Position numbers and translations under genes: made by a program. This document shows, piece by piece, positions 38,716 through 47,986 of a stretch of DNA of 64,000 bases. The stretch comes from an uncultured Actinomycetota bacterium. GTDB taxonomy: Bacteria > Actinomycetota > Actinomycetes > Streptosporangiales > Streptosporangiaceae. Numbering within the stretch: position 1 is the stretch's first letter; each line of letters opens with the position of its first letter. The notes below the pieces were generated by a model. It made no database searches, had not been told where the DNA came from, and was given only the letters and a program-made list of their open reading frames with translations. Location: the NCBI GenBank assembly GCA_963730085.1, contig CAVSQI010000012.1, positions 14,466-78,465 of the forward strand, read 5' to 3'.

Positions 38716-41700
38716 ATGGCAGCGGAGTCAGGCATCGGTGGCGGCGCGGCCGGGCTCTGGTATCGCGTCCAGGCTGTCAGCCAGCGCAGCCTCGGTGGCG
38801 GCGCCGATGGCGACTATGCCTCGGTGCTGCCTGCTGCCCTGAACGCGGCCCGGCATCGGTTGCCGTTCATCGCTGGCTGGCTGTCGCTGGGTGGCGGCGC
38901 CCCGCTCGAGCTCGTCACTAATGCTGGCCCGCTGCCCGCCCCAGGGCTGCCTGCCCGGGCCCGGACGGCTGACAACGCCGACAACGCCGACGGCGCCGAC
39001 AGAGCCGATGGGGCCGATGGGGCCGCTGATCCCGCCCACAAAGCTGACGCGGGCGCCCTCAGGCCGATAAGCCGCCGAGGCGCAGGCGAACCGTCGGTGG
39101 TGGCACCGGGCCGCGCCGCGGGCGAAGATCTGCTCTTCCCGTGGGGCGCCCGCGGCGTAGTCATCGACAGGAACATGCTCGCCGATCTTGACCAGCTTGT
39201 CTGGGCGCCGTGCCCGGGACGCCAGGTGGCTCTCGGCGCCGATGCCGTCGCGCGAGCCGCGCGAGCCGCTGGCCCGCCGGGACTGGGCCAGCCGACATTG
39301 TTCGAGTCCGCCCTCCAGACGGTGATGGGCAGGCCGTTTGGCTGGCTGATCGTGGCCGATCCGACCGACCTGCTCGATGCGGAAACCGTTGAGCTGCGCA
39401 ACCAGCTGACGGTGCTGCGCCAGTACGAGGACGAGCACGCACGGTTCGACGCCGACCGGATCCAGCGGCGGCTAGGCGAGCTGGACGCTTACCGCGAGGC
39501 CGGCCTGTGGAACGTCCGCGTCCTGGCCGGAGCCGCGACCGAGCAGGAGCTACGGCTGATCGCTCCGGTGCTGGTCGGCGCCGTTGACCTGAGCGCGCAT
39601 CCGTATCGGCTCCGGTGCCCCGACGGTGCCCAGGAGTTCGCCGACGTGCTGGCGGCCAGGACTGCCGACCCGGCGGACGGGTCCGCAGTCCCGTTTGCGG
39701 CTACCGCTGGGGTGCTCGTGGCGCTGACCGGCCTGCCGGAGCGAGAAGTGCCGGGCGTTCGGGTCATGCAACCCGGCTACTTCGACCTGACCAGCGAGAC
39801 GCCCGCCGGGCCGTCCATCGAGCTTGGAACCATCCTGGACGGCCAGGACCGGCCGGTCGGTGCCATGCGGATTCCACTGGCCACGCTCAACCGGCACGCG
39901 CTGGTCGCCGGGGCGACGGGCGCTGGCAAGTCGCAGACGGTGCGCCACGTGCTAGAACAACTGACCGGCGCCGGCGTCAGCTGGCTCGCAATCGAGCCGG
40001 TCAAGTCCGAATACGCCGTCATGGCGGCGCGCCTAGCCGGGACGGCAGAAGGTTCCGGAGTCGCCGCGGGTGGTGGCAGGTCGGTCACCATCATCAACCC
40101 GGCCGACCCGGAGTCGGTGCCGCTGTCGGTCAACCCGCTCGCGCCCGAGCCCGGCTACCCGGTCCAGGCGCATATCGACATGGTCCGCGCGCTGTTCCTG
40201 GCGGCGTTCGATGCCCCGGAGCCGTTCCCGCAGATCATGTCCCAAGCGCTGCAGCGCTGCTATGAGGAGTGCGGCTGGGATCCGCTGACGGGAGCCGGGC
40301 CGAGCCGATGTCGACGTCCCGCCCGCGGTGCCGACGCTGGCCAGGCTCCAGGCGGCGGCGCTCGCTGTGATCGAGGACGTGGGCTACGGCCGGGAACTGC
40401 AGGCCGACATGCGGGGCTTCGTCGACGTTCGGCTCAGGTCGCTACGGACCGGCTCGGCTGGCCGCTTCTTCGAGGGTGGTCACCCGGCGGACATCGCCGC
40501 GCTCCTGGATCGGAACGTGGTCCTCGCGCTCGAGGACGTCGCCAACGACGAGGACAAGGCGTTCGTGATCGGCACCTTGATCATCAGAATGGTCGAGCAC
40601 CTACGCCTGCGGTCGAAGACCGATCCGGCTGACGGCCTCCGGCACGTCGTCGTGCTCGAGGAAGCGCACCGGCTCCTGCGCGCGGGGCGGACGGGCGCGA
40701 GCGCGCACGCCGTGGAACTGTTCGCTGGCTTGCTCGCGGAAATCCGTGCCTACGGCGAAGGCGTCGTGATCGCCGAGCAGATCCCGGCCAAGCTCGTGCC
40801 CGACGCGATCAAGAACACTGCGCTGAAGGTGCTCCACAGGCTGCCGGCGGCTGACGACCGCCAGCTGGTGGGCGCCACCATGAACTTGGACGCCGAGCAG
40901 TCTCGCCAGGTGGTGTCCCTGGCGCCCGGCGAGGCGGCGGTCTTCGCCGATGGCATGGACCGGCCGATGCGGGTCCTGGTCCCGTTCGGTGGTGACCGCG
41001 AGCGCAGCCCGGGCGCCCTGATCAAGAGCGGCAACGCGCCGCTAGCTGGCCGGAGGTCGGCGGCGTGCGGCCGCGGTTGCACGGGCACGCGGCCGTGCAC
41101 GCTCGTCGAGATTCGGGCGGCCGACCTTGTGGCGAGATCGCCGGAGGACGCGTGGCTGCGCGTCTGGACCGAGGTGTACGTGCTGGCGCACCTGGTAAAC
41201 CAGCCCCGGCCGCGGGTGCCGGTGCCGCTGCGGCAGCGTTGGGCAGGCCTCGACGGTCGCCTGCGCGAATGTGCACTCGCGACGGCGATCGACGGCGCCG
41301 CTCTCGGCCGTGGTCAGGCCCTCCGCGAGTCATACGATCCGGCGAAGCTATCGGCGGCGTGTGCCGAATCGGCCACTGCGATGCTCGACGGCGGCAAGGG
41401 CGCCGGCACTCGGCCCGGCACGACGTGGGTGATTCCGCAGCTTCGGTGGCTCCATGAGCTAGAACGCGTCTGCCCGCACGACGGTCCCGCGCCGGATCCT
41501 TTCGCCGCGGCTCCTGCCCTCGACTACGGGCTGCCCGACCTCACCGACCGTGCCGATGTCAAGATCGGCCAGCGTGTCAGCGGCTTGCGTCGGCATCCGC
41601 TGTCGATGGAGGTGACGCGGAACCGGCTCATTGCCTGGACTGCGCTCCTCGGTGAGGACGATCAGCGCGCGTTCATCGAGGACCTCGCGTTCGTCGCCAT

Positions 41701-41860
41701 CGGCGTGAGCCATCGCGGTCAGCTTCGCAAAGCTGCTGGTGAAATGGGAGTGACCGGGTGGCTTGAGGCCGTGCTGTCCTGGCCCCGGCGCTTCATCGTC
41801 GGGTCGGACGACCAGGCGGCCAGTCTCGAGACCCGCGAGCCAGACCCAGTGGCCGGATAG
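38716..41860 (+). CDS. HerA/FtsK-superfamily (DUF87-like) ATPase, about 1040 aa (component C; frameshifted near 40297)
   Basis: RIPLATLNRHALVAGATGAGKSQTVRHVLEQL gives a HerA-type barrel-to-Walker-A transition. Walker B is LRHVVVLEEAHRLL. VVIAEQIPAKL is also present. The N-terminal approximately 420 aa and C-terminal approximately 270 aa have no motif I recognise. Confidence 0.7.
38971..39024 (+). repeat. 9-bp in-frame tandem repeat (6 units, Asp-x-Ala) in the ATPase N-terminal region
   Basis: GACAACGCC GACAACGCC GACGGCGCC GACAGAGCC GATGGGGCC GATGGGGCC encodes DNADNADGADRADGADGA. Confidence 0.85.
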
Positions 41861-41871
41861 CATCGGCCCAC

Positions 41872-43110
41872 ATGAGCAAGCTTCCGCTGCGCGCCCGCCT
41901 CGCGACGTCCCTGAGCGGGGCGGCGGGTCGCGTGTCCCGCATGACTGGCCGTGGCGACGGCTCGGTCATCGGTGGCGTGCTCGGCCTACGGGTCGAGCCT
42001 GAGCTGCTCCGGCTGCTGGCGGCCGATCGCCAGGTGGTGCTCGTCACCGGTACCAACGGCAAGACAACAACCACGCGGCTGATCACGGCCGCACTCGGCG
42101 CGCTCGGTCAGGACGTCGCCAGTAACGCGTTCGGTGCCAACATGGCGGCTGGCCTAGCCTCGGCGCTCGGCCGCTCTCCCGACGCGCCGTACGCCGTCCT
42201 GGAGACCGACGAGCGATACCTGCCAGCTGTCATCGAGGCCACGCACCCTCGGGTCGTGGTGTTGCTCAACCTGAGCCGAGACCAGATGGATCGTGCGGCC
42301 GAGATATGGCTCACGGCCCGGAGGTGGCGGCAAGCGCTCGCCATCGCGGAAGGCTGCGTCGTCGTCGCGAACGCCGACGATCCGCTGATCGCCTGGGCCG
42401 CATCGACGGCTCCCCGGGTGACGTGGGTCGCTGCTGGGCAGCGCTGGCATGAGGATTCCTGGTGCTGCCCCGAGTGCGGGTCGCATCTGCGGCGCGACGA
42501 GCTGGGCTGGCGATGCGGTGAGTGCGGTTTCGCGCGGCCCTCGACTCGATGGGTGCTGAGTGGCGACTCGGTCATCGACGAGTCCGGCCAGATGCGCGAG
42601 CTGGCCCTGGCCCTGCCGGGCCGGGCGAACGCGTCGAACGCGGTGATCGCGCTCGCCGTGGCGAGCCAGTTCGGCGCGACGGTCGACCAGGCACTGCCAC
42701 GCGTGCGCAGCGTCAAGTCCGTCGCGGGTCGCTACACCCAGGTGCAGCGGAACGGCAAGCTTGTCCGGCTGCTGCTGGCCAAGAACCCGGCCGGCTGGCT
42801 CGAGGCGTTCGACGTGCTCGCGCCGATCCCGGCGCCGGTCCTGCTCGCCGTCAACGCCCAGACGCCCGATGGCAAGGACACGTCGTGGCTGTGGGACGTC
42901 GACTATCGAGTGCTCATTGGCCGGCCTGTGTACGTCACCGGGGAACGCCGGATCGACCTTGCAGTCCGGCTGGAAGCAGATCAGGTTCCGTTCGAGCTTG
43001 TCGACGGCATCGACGATGCCGTCGGCCGGGTCATCGGCGGTGAACTTGACGTCATCGCCAATTACACGGCCTTTCAGCAGATCCGGGCAATAGTTGGCCG
43101 GACCGAGTGA
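41872..43110 (+). CDS. murT: lipid II isoglutaminyl synthase subunit MurT (Mur ligase family)
   Basis: Contains VVLVTGTNGKTTTTRLI, a Cys4 ribbon CCPECG...CGECG, and a DUF1727-like C-terminus DGKDTSWLWDVDY. gatD follows. Confidence 0.85.
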   Translation: MSKLPLRARLATSLSGAAGRVSRMTGRGDGSVIGGVLGLRVEPELLRLLAADRQVVLVTGTNGKTTTTRLITAALGALGQDVASNAFGANMAAGLASALGRSPDAPYAVLETDERYLPAVIEATHPRVVVLLNLSRDQMDRAAEIWLTARRWRQALAIAEGCVVVANADDPLIAWAASTAPRVTWVAAGQRWHEDSWCCPECGSHLRRDELGWRCGECGFARPSTRWVLSGDSVIDESGQMRELALALPGRANASNAVIALAVASQFGATVDQALPRVRSVKSVAGRYTQVQRNGKLVRLLLAKNPAGWLEAFDVLAPIPAPVLLAVNAQTPDGKDTSWLWDVDYRVLIGRPVYVTGERRIDLAVRLEADQVPFELVDGIDDAVGRVIGGELDVIANYTAFQQIRAIVGRTE

Positions 43111-43128
43111 GCGCGGGAGACTAACCCG

Positions 43129-43882
43129 ATGACCGAGCGCGTAGGCCGCCACGCCGCCGCCCACGGCCGGAGCAGCGCGCTCCGGCTCGTCTGGGTGTAT
43201 CCAGACCTGCTGAGCACGTACGGCGACCGCGGCAACTTGCTCGTGCTGACCCGCCGCGCCAGGCTTCGCGGTATCGAGGTCGAGGCCATCGAGGTGAACT
43301 CGGACCAGCCGGTTCCTCGCCAGGGCGATATCTACCTGCTCGGCGGCGGCGAGGACCTGCCACAGATCCTCGCTGCTAACAGGCTTCGTAACGACGGAGG
43401 CCTGGCGGCGGCCGCGCAGCAGGGTGCCGTCGTCTTCGCCGTCTGCGCGGGTTACCAGGTCATCGGCCGGACGTTCGGTGGCGTCGAGGGAGAGCCGGTC
43501 GATGGGCTGGACGTCCTGGACATCAGCAGCGGTCGGGGTGACAGGCGTGGCGTCGGCGAGCTGGTCGCCGACGTCGATCCGGCCCTGAGCGTGCCACGTT
43601 TCACCGGCTTTGAGAATCATCAGGGCGTGACGCAGGTCGGTCCGGCGGCCCGGCCGCTCGCGCAGGTCACGCTTGGCGTCGGCAACGGCGACGGAACCGA
43701 GGGCGCGTACGCGGGCAAGATACTCGGCACGTACATGCACGGTCCGGCGCTCGCGCGCAACCCTGGCCTGGCCGACCTGCTGCTCAGCTGGGCGGCCGGG
43801 CAGCCTGGCGCCGCTGGATCCAGATGCCGAAGAGTGGGCGAGCCAGCTGCGGGCCGAGCGGCTCGCGGCAGTCGGCGGGTAG
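43129..43882 (+). CDS. gatD: lipid II isoglutaminyl synthase glutaminase subunit GatD (frameshifted near 43803)
   Basis: Contains YPDLLSTYGDRGN...YLLGGGED...VFAVCAGYQVIG...GFENHQG...TYMHGPALARNP. The C-terminus LAPLDPDAEEWASQLRAERLAAVGG continues in the next frame. Confidence 0.8.
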
Positions 43883-43896
43883 CAGCCGGCCGGCGT

Positions 43897-44262
43897 CAGT
43901 ACACGAGCGCTTGTGCGCCGTCGGCCAGGATCTCCGCTACGAACGTCGCGGCGCCAGCGATCCGTACGCCAGGTGACGACGTCATCAGTGGTGATGTCGC
44001 GTCGGGCCGCGCACTGCGTGCACAGCGTCACCGTTCCACCGTCCAGCACGGTAGCGAACAACTCCGGCAGCGGGGTTGCGTGCGGCAGGGCCAGATCCGG
44101 GCATCCATCCGGCAGGGCCAGCCAGGACGCCTCGCCGGTGAGCCACAGCGACACCGGAACGCCGCTGACAACGGCGGCGGCGGCCACGGTGAGCGCCTGG
44201 TTGCAGCGCTCAGGCTCGTCCTTGCCGATTGTCACCTTCACTACCAGCGAGCGCGAGGGCAT
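43897..44262 (-). CDS. DsrE/DsrF-like sulfur-relay family protein (frameshifted near 43975)
   Basis: Contains SLVVKVTIGKDEPERCNQALTVAAAAVVSGVPVSLWLTGEASWL...VTLCTQCAARRDITTDDV. PGVRIAGAATFVAEILADGAQALVY* then follows in another frame. This is the 5' part of the spurious 736-aa antisense ORF. Confidence 0.6.
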
Positions 44263-44354
44263 GGACTGCACACTAGCGCGACCTCGGGCGCCGTCCGCCT
44301 GCGGCCGCGTGGCAGCCGTGCGATCGCGACGTACGCTGCCTACACTGCCCAGGC

Positions 44355-44510
44355 ATGACGGCAATGCTGAGCGGCGTCATCGTGATGGCCGCCTTCGGCT
44401 TGGTAGCCGCGGCCAGCCTGATCCTGCTCGTGTCGCTCTACCGGATCAGCGGCCGTCGCGGTGCCGGATCCGACGGCGATACTGGCCAGGTCGACCCGGA
44501 AGGCGGTTAG
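44355..44510 (+). CDS. hypothetical 51-aa single-TM protein
   Basis: MTAMLSGVIVMAAFGLVAAASLILLVSLYRISGRRGAGSDGDTGQVDPEGG. High GC3. It lies directly upstream of the nitrobindin-like gene. Confidence 0.3.
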   Translation: MTAMLSGVIVMAAFGLVAAASLILLVSLYRISGRRGAGSDGDTGQVDPEGG

Positions 44511-44515
44511 CAGCC

Positions 44516-45047
44516 GTGGACACAGACGAGCCTGCCGAGGGCGTTCCGTCCGGTCTGCCGTCGGAATTCGAGCTGCACCCGCAGGCTAGCGCCCCTGCGC
44601 TTCCTGCTCGGCCGGTGGGAAGGTGCCGGAGTGGTCGGCTATCCCACCATCGAAAGCGCCAACTTTGGCCAGGAGATCAGCTTCAGCCACAACGGCAAGC
44701 CATTCCTGATCTACACGTCCAGGACCTGGTTGCTCCATGCGGATGGCACAATCGGCCGGCCACTGGCGATGGAAACGGGGTTCTGGCGGCCGCAGGCGGA
44801 CGGCAGCCTCGAGGTCGTGCTAGCGCATCCGACGGGCATCACGGAGATCTACATAGGCCAGATCACCGGCACCAAGATCGAGCTGGCCACCGACGCCGTG
44901 GTGCGCACGGCCACGGCCAAGGAAGTGACAGCTGGCCGTCGGCTCTACGGTCTCATCGGCGCGGATCTCGGCTGGGCCTACGACATGGCCGCGATGGGGC
45001 AGCCGCTGCAGTCGCACGTCTCGGCCCAGCTCAAGCGCGTTGGCTAA
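44516..45047 (+). CDS. FABP/nitrobindin family (DUF1794) heme-binding beta-barrel protein (frameshifted near 44588)
   Basis: VDTDEPAEGVPSGLPSEFELHP is in one frame. LAPLRFLLGRWEGAGVVGYPTIESANFGQEISFSHNGKPFLIYTSRTW...ETGFWRP follows in the next. Confidence 0.7.
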
Positions 45048-45514
45048 GGGGCTGCTGGCCCGGCGATCGAACCGCGGCGCGCCCGAACAAGAAGAAGCCC
45101 CCGGGCTTTTCTCGCGCCAGGCCAGCCACGGCCCGATCGGATCGATCGCACCATGAACTAAGGCCCACCGCGGGGACCGGCTGGACAGGCCGGTCGGCCC
45201 GGGGGTCCGGTGTCTGCCGTGAATTCGCCGGCCTCCGCCCTGACCAACCCGCCATGCACGGGCAGCAGCCAATGGGGCCACCATCCGATAAGCAGGACCA
45301 GTCAGCTCGATCGAGCGGCCGGTGATGCGCTCGCACGGGGATAGCCGCGCTAAGGCGCTTCACGCAGGCGGCGGCTAGCGGACAGCCACCTCGCAAGTCC
45401 GACATCTATGCATACTGTTGGACCACCTCCTTTCCTGCGTTAGGCGAAACGCTACGTCACGTCGGCTGCTGCGGGCAAGCGTGTTATGCGCTGGGCGTCA
45501 TTAGACTCAGGAGC

Positions 45515-45928
45515 ATGGTGGAGACGTGGGATGACACCCTGCGGGCCGGCGGCTACCGGGTGACCCCGCAGCGTCAGCTCGTGCTGGAGGCCGTCGCCCG
45601 GCTCGAGCACGCGACGCCGGAGGAGATCTACGGCGAGGTAAGGCAGACAGCGCGCGGTGTCAACGTCTCGACGGTCTACCGGACCCTCGAGCTGCTCGAG
45701 CAGCTCGGTCTTGTTCAGCACACGCACATCCATCACGGCGCCCCGAGTTATCACCTGGCCGAGCACGCCAAGCACGTGCACCTTGTCTGCCGCCAGTGCG
45801 AGCTCGTCACCGAGGTCGACCAGGACGCGGTGTCGCCGCTGGTCGACGCCCTCGAGCAGCACCAGGGGTTCCTGACCGACGTCGGGCACCTGACGGTGTT
45901 CGGGCTGTGTGCCGCGTGCCGCCCATGA
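45515..45928 (+). CDS. Fur family transcriptional regulator
   Basis: Contains RVTPQRQLVLEAVARLEHATPEEIYGEV...VSTVYRTLELLEQLGLV...HHHLVC-type CxxC pairs (LVCRQCE and GLCAACR). Confidence 0.85.
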   Translation: MVETWDDTLRAGGYRVTPQRQLVLEAVARLEHATPEEIYGEVRQTARGVNVSTVYRTLELLEQLGLVQHTHIHHGAPSYHLAEHAKHVHLVCRQCELVTEVDQDAVSPLVDALEQHQGFLTDVGHLTVFGLCAACRP

Positions 45929-46959
45929 CCAGTCCACTACTCAGCGAACCCGGGGCCGTCGCGGCCACCGGGCCGGACGCGGGCGTTGCCGCCCACTACG
46001 GCGATCCGTTCGCCGAGCAGCGCGCGATGGCGACCGGCTGGGGACTGGTCGACCAGTCCCACCGCGGAGTGCTGCGGATCACCGGTGCCGACCGGCTCAG
46101 CTGGCTGCACAGCCTCACGACCCAGCATCTGGAGCGGCTGGCGCCAGGGGCCGCCGCCGAAGCCCTCGTGCTGAGCCCGCAAGGCCACGTGGAGCACGAG
46201 CTCACGCTCACGGACGACGGGACAGCGGTCTGGGTTCATGTCGAACCAGGGACGGCCGCTGCTCTGCTGGAGTTCCTGACGTCGATGCAGTTCATGCTCC
46301 GAGTCGACCCGCGGGACGTCTCGTCCGACTACGCGGTCGTCAAGCTGCTGGGCCCCGAGGTCCCGGCTGATACGCAGCCGGCGATTGCCCGCCTGGACGT
46401 CGGATTCGGCACCGACCTGATCGTGCCGCGGGCGGAGCTGGCCGAGCGGGTTGCTGATCTGCGTGCGGCCGGAGCCGCACTGGCCGGCACGTGGGCGCTG
46501 GAAGCCCTGCGCATCGCGGCCGCCCGCCCGCGGCTCGGACTCGACACAGATCACCGGACGATCCCGCACGAGGTCGGCTGGATCGAGACGGCGGTGCACC
46601 TCAGCAAGGGCTGCTACCGGGGCCAGGAGACGGTCGCCAGAGTGCATAACCTGGGCCGCCCGCCGCGTCGGCTTGTCCTGCTGCACCTCGACGGCAGCGA
46701 GGACAAACTGCCGGTACACGGCGATCCGGTGCTGCTCGATGGCGACAGCGTCGGCTTTACGGGGTCGACGGCACGTCACTATGAGCTGGGTCCTATCGGC
46801 CTGGCGCTGGTCAAGCGCACCACACCGGTGGACGCCACGTTGACCGTCGACGGTGTCGCTGCCGCGCAGGAGGTCATCGTTTCGCCGGATGCTGGCGCTA
46901 ACATCCAGATTGAGCTCAAGCGTCAGCGCAGCGGTCTGATGGGCCGCGCTCGCGACTAG
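45925..46959 (+). CDS. ygfZ: folate-binding YgfZ / GcvT-like protein
   Basis: Contains YGDPFAEQRAM...GLVDQSHRGVLRITGADRLSWLHSLTTQ...KGCYRGQETVARVHNLGRPPRRLVLL. The start overlaps the fur stop (ATGA). Confidence 0.8.
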   Translation: MTSPLLSEPGAVAATGPDAGVAAHYGDPFAEQRAMATGWGLVDQSHRGVLRITGADRLSWLHSLTTQHLERLAPGAAAEALVLSPQGHVEHELTLTDDGTAVWVHVEPGTAAALLEFLTSMQFMLRVDPRDVSSDYAVVKLLGPEVPADTQPAIARLDVGFGTDLIVPRAELAERVADLRAAGAALAGTWALEALRIAAARPRLGLDTDHRTIPHEVGWIETAVHLSKGCYRGQETVARVHNLGRPPRRLVLLHLDGSEDKLPVHGDPVLLDGDSVGFTGSTARHYELGPIGLALVKRTTPVDATLTVDGVAAAQEVIVSPDAGANIQIELKRQRSGLMGRARD

Positions 46960-47004
46960 CCTGGGCCGGCAGCGGACAACGTCGTTCCCTGGAGGTCCCC
47001 CGAA

Positions 47005-47941
47005 GTGCTGCGCCGAGCGCTCCTGGCCTTGTCGGCCAGTCACCAGGCCCGCGATCTCATCATGGCCACGCCCGTCACCAGGGACGTGGTGGCGAGATTC
47101 GTCGCCGGCCCGACCGCCGCCGATGCGCTCGCGGTCACCGAGCGGGCTGATCGCCGACGGGCGCCTCGTCACCATCGACTTCCTCGGCGAGGACACCACC
47201 GATCCGGATCAGGCGGCCGCCGTCGCTGAGGAGTATGTCCGGCTGCTTGGTCTGCTGGGGGCCGCCGGACTCACCGCTGATGGTCGCGCTGAGGTGTCGG
47301 TAAAGCCGACGGCGGTCGGTCTCGGTCTCGCCGATCACGGGGAGAAGACAGCCCGAGAGAACATCGCGCGCATCGCGACCGCGGCCCGCAACGCGGGCAC
47401 CACGGCCACCCTGGACATGGAGGATCACACCAGGGCCGAGGCTACGTTGCGGCTCGTGGGGGAGCTTCGGGCCGACTTCCCCGATCTCGGCTGCGTCATC
47501 CAGTCGTATCTGCGACGCAGCGCTGACGATTGTCGCGATCTCGCCGTCTCGGGATCTCGCGTACGGCTGTGCAAGGGCGCCTACCAGGCGCCCGAAGCCG
47601 TCGGCCTGACGAAACGGGCCGAGGTCGACCTCAGCTATGCCCGCTGTCTGCGCATCCTCCTCGATGGGCCTGGGTACCCCATGCTGGCCACGCACGACCC
47701 GCGCCTGATCAAGATCGCGAGCGTCAGGGCCGAGCAGGCTGGCCGGGCGGCGGACAGCTTCGAGTACCAGATGCTGTATGGCATCCGTCCGGCCGAGCAG
47801 GCAAGGCTGGCCGCCGCAGGCGCCCAGATGCGGGTCTACCTGCCGTATGGCAGCGACTGGTACGGCTACCTCGTGCGCCGGCTGGCCGAGCGGCCGGCCA
47901 ACCTGGCGTTCTTCCTGCGGGCGCTCAGCTCGCACCGCTAA
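47005..47941 (+). CDS. proline dehydrogenase (frameshifted near 47146)
   Basis: The N-terminus LLALSASHQARDLIMATPVTRDVVARFVAGPTAADAL is in one frame. LIADGRLVTIDFLGEDT...RLCKGAYQAPE...YQMLYGIRP...RVYLPYGSDWYGYLVRRLAERPANL follows in the next. Confidence 0.8.
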
Positions 47942-47986
47942 CCCGCCGTCGGCCGCGGGCTCGCCTGTCCCGGTAGGCTGCTGCCC

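Noticed and set aside
33269-41860. Interpretation of the coupling-protein/HerA block as an integrated conjugative element (ICE/AICE)
   Set aside because: The window has no integrase, excisionase-integrase pair, relaxase, Rep, TraB/FtsK-type transfer gene, Nudix/spread genes, flanking direct repeats or tRNA target. The excisionase-like HTH at 49081 is the conserved proC-linked core gene.
42154-44364. 736-aa minus-strand ORF spanning murT and gatD
   Set aside because: It is antisense to two well-supported genes, Arg/Pro/Gly-rich and without motifs. It is a typical high-GC shadow ORF. Only its first approximately 120 codons (43897..44262) correspond to a real DsrE-like gene.
45061-45080. GGTTCGATC on the minus strand, resembling a tRNA/tmRNA T-loop
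   Set aside because: The flanking bases do not form a T-stem or an acceptor stem, and there is no CCA-compatible 3' end. Not a tRNA or tmRNA.
45031-45405. 124-aa minus-strand ORF in the nitrobindin/fur spacer
   Set aside because: Its third-position GC is clearly below that of the genuine genes here. The distance from the SD to this ATG is about 21 nt, and no motifs are present. It is kept only as part of the sRNA/micro-ORF hypothesis.
45424-45434. CACCTCCTTTC, identical to the 3' end of 16S rRNA
   Set aside because: No rRNA body precedes it. On the opposite strand it reads as a Shine-Dalgarno sequence, which is the simpler explanation.
45937-47199. 420-aa minus-strand ORF opposite ygfZ and proline dehydrogenase
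   Set aside because: It is antisense to two recognisable genes and has no motifs.
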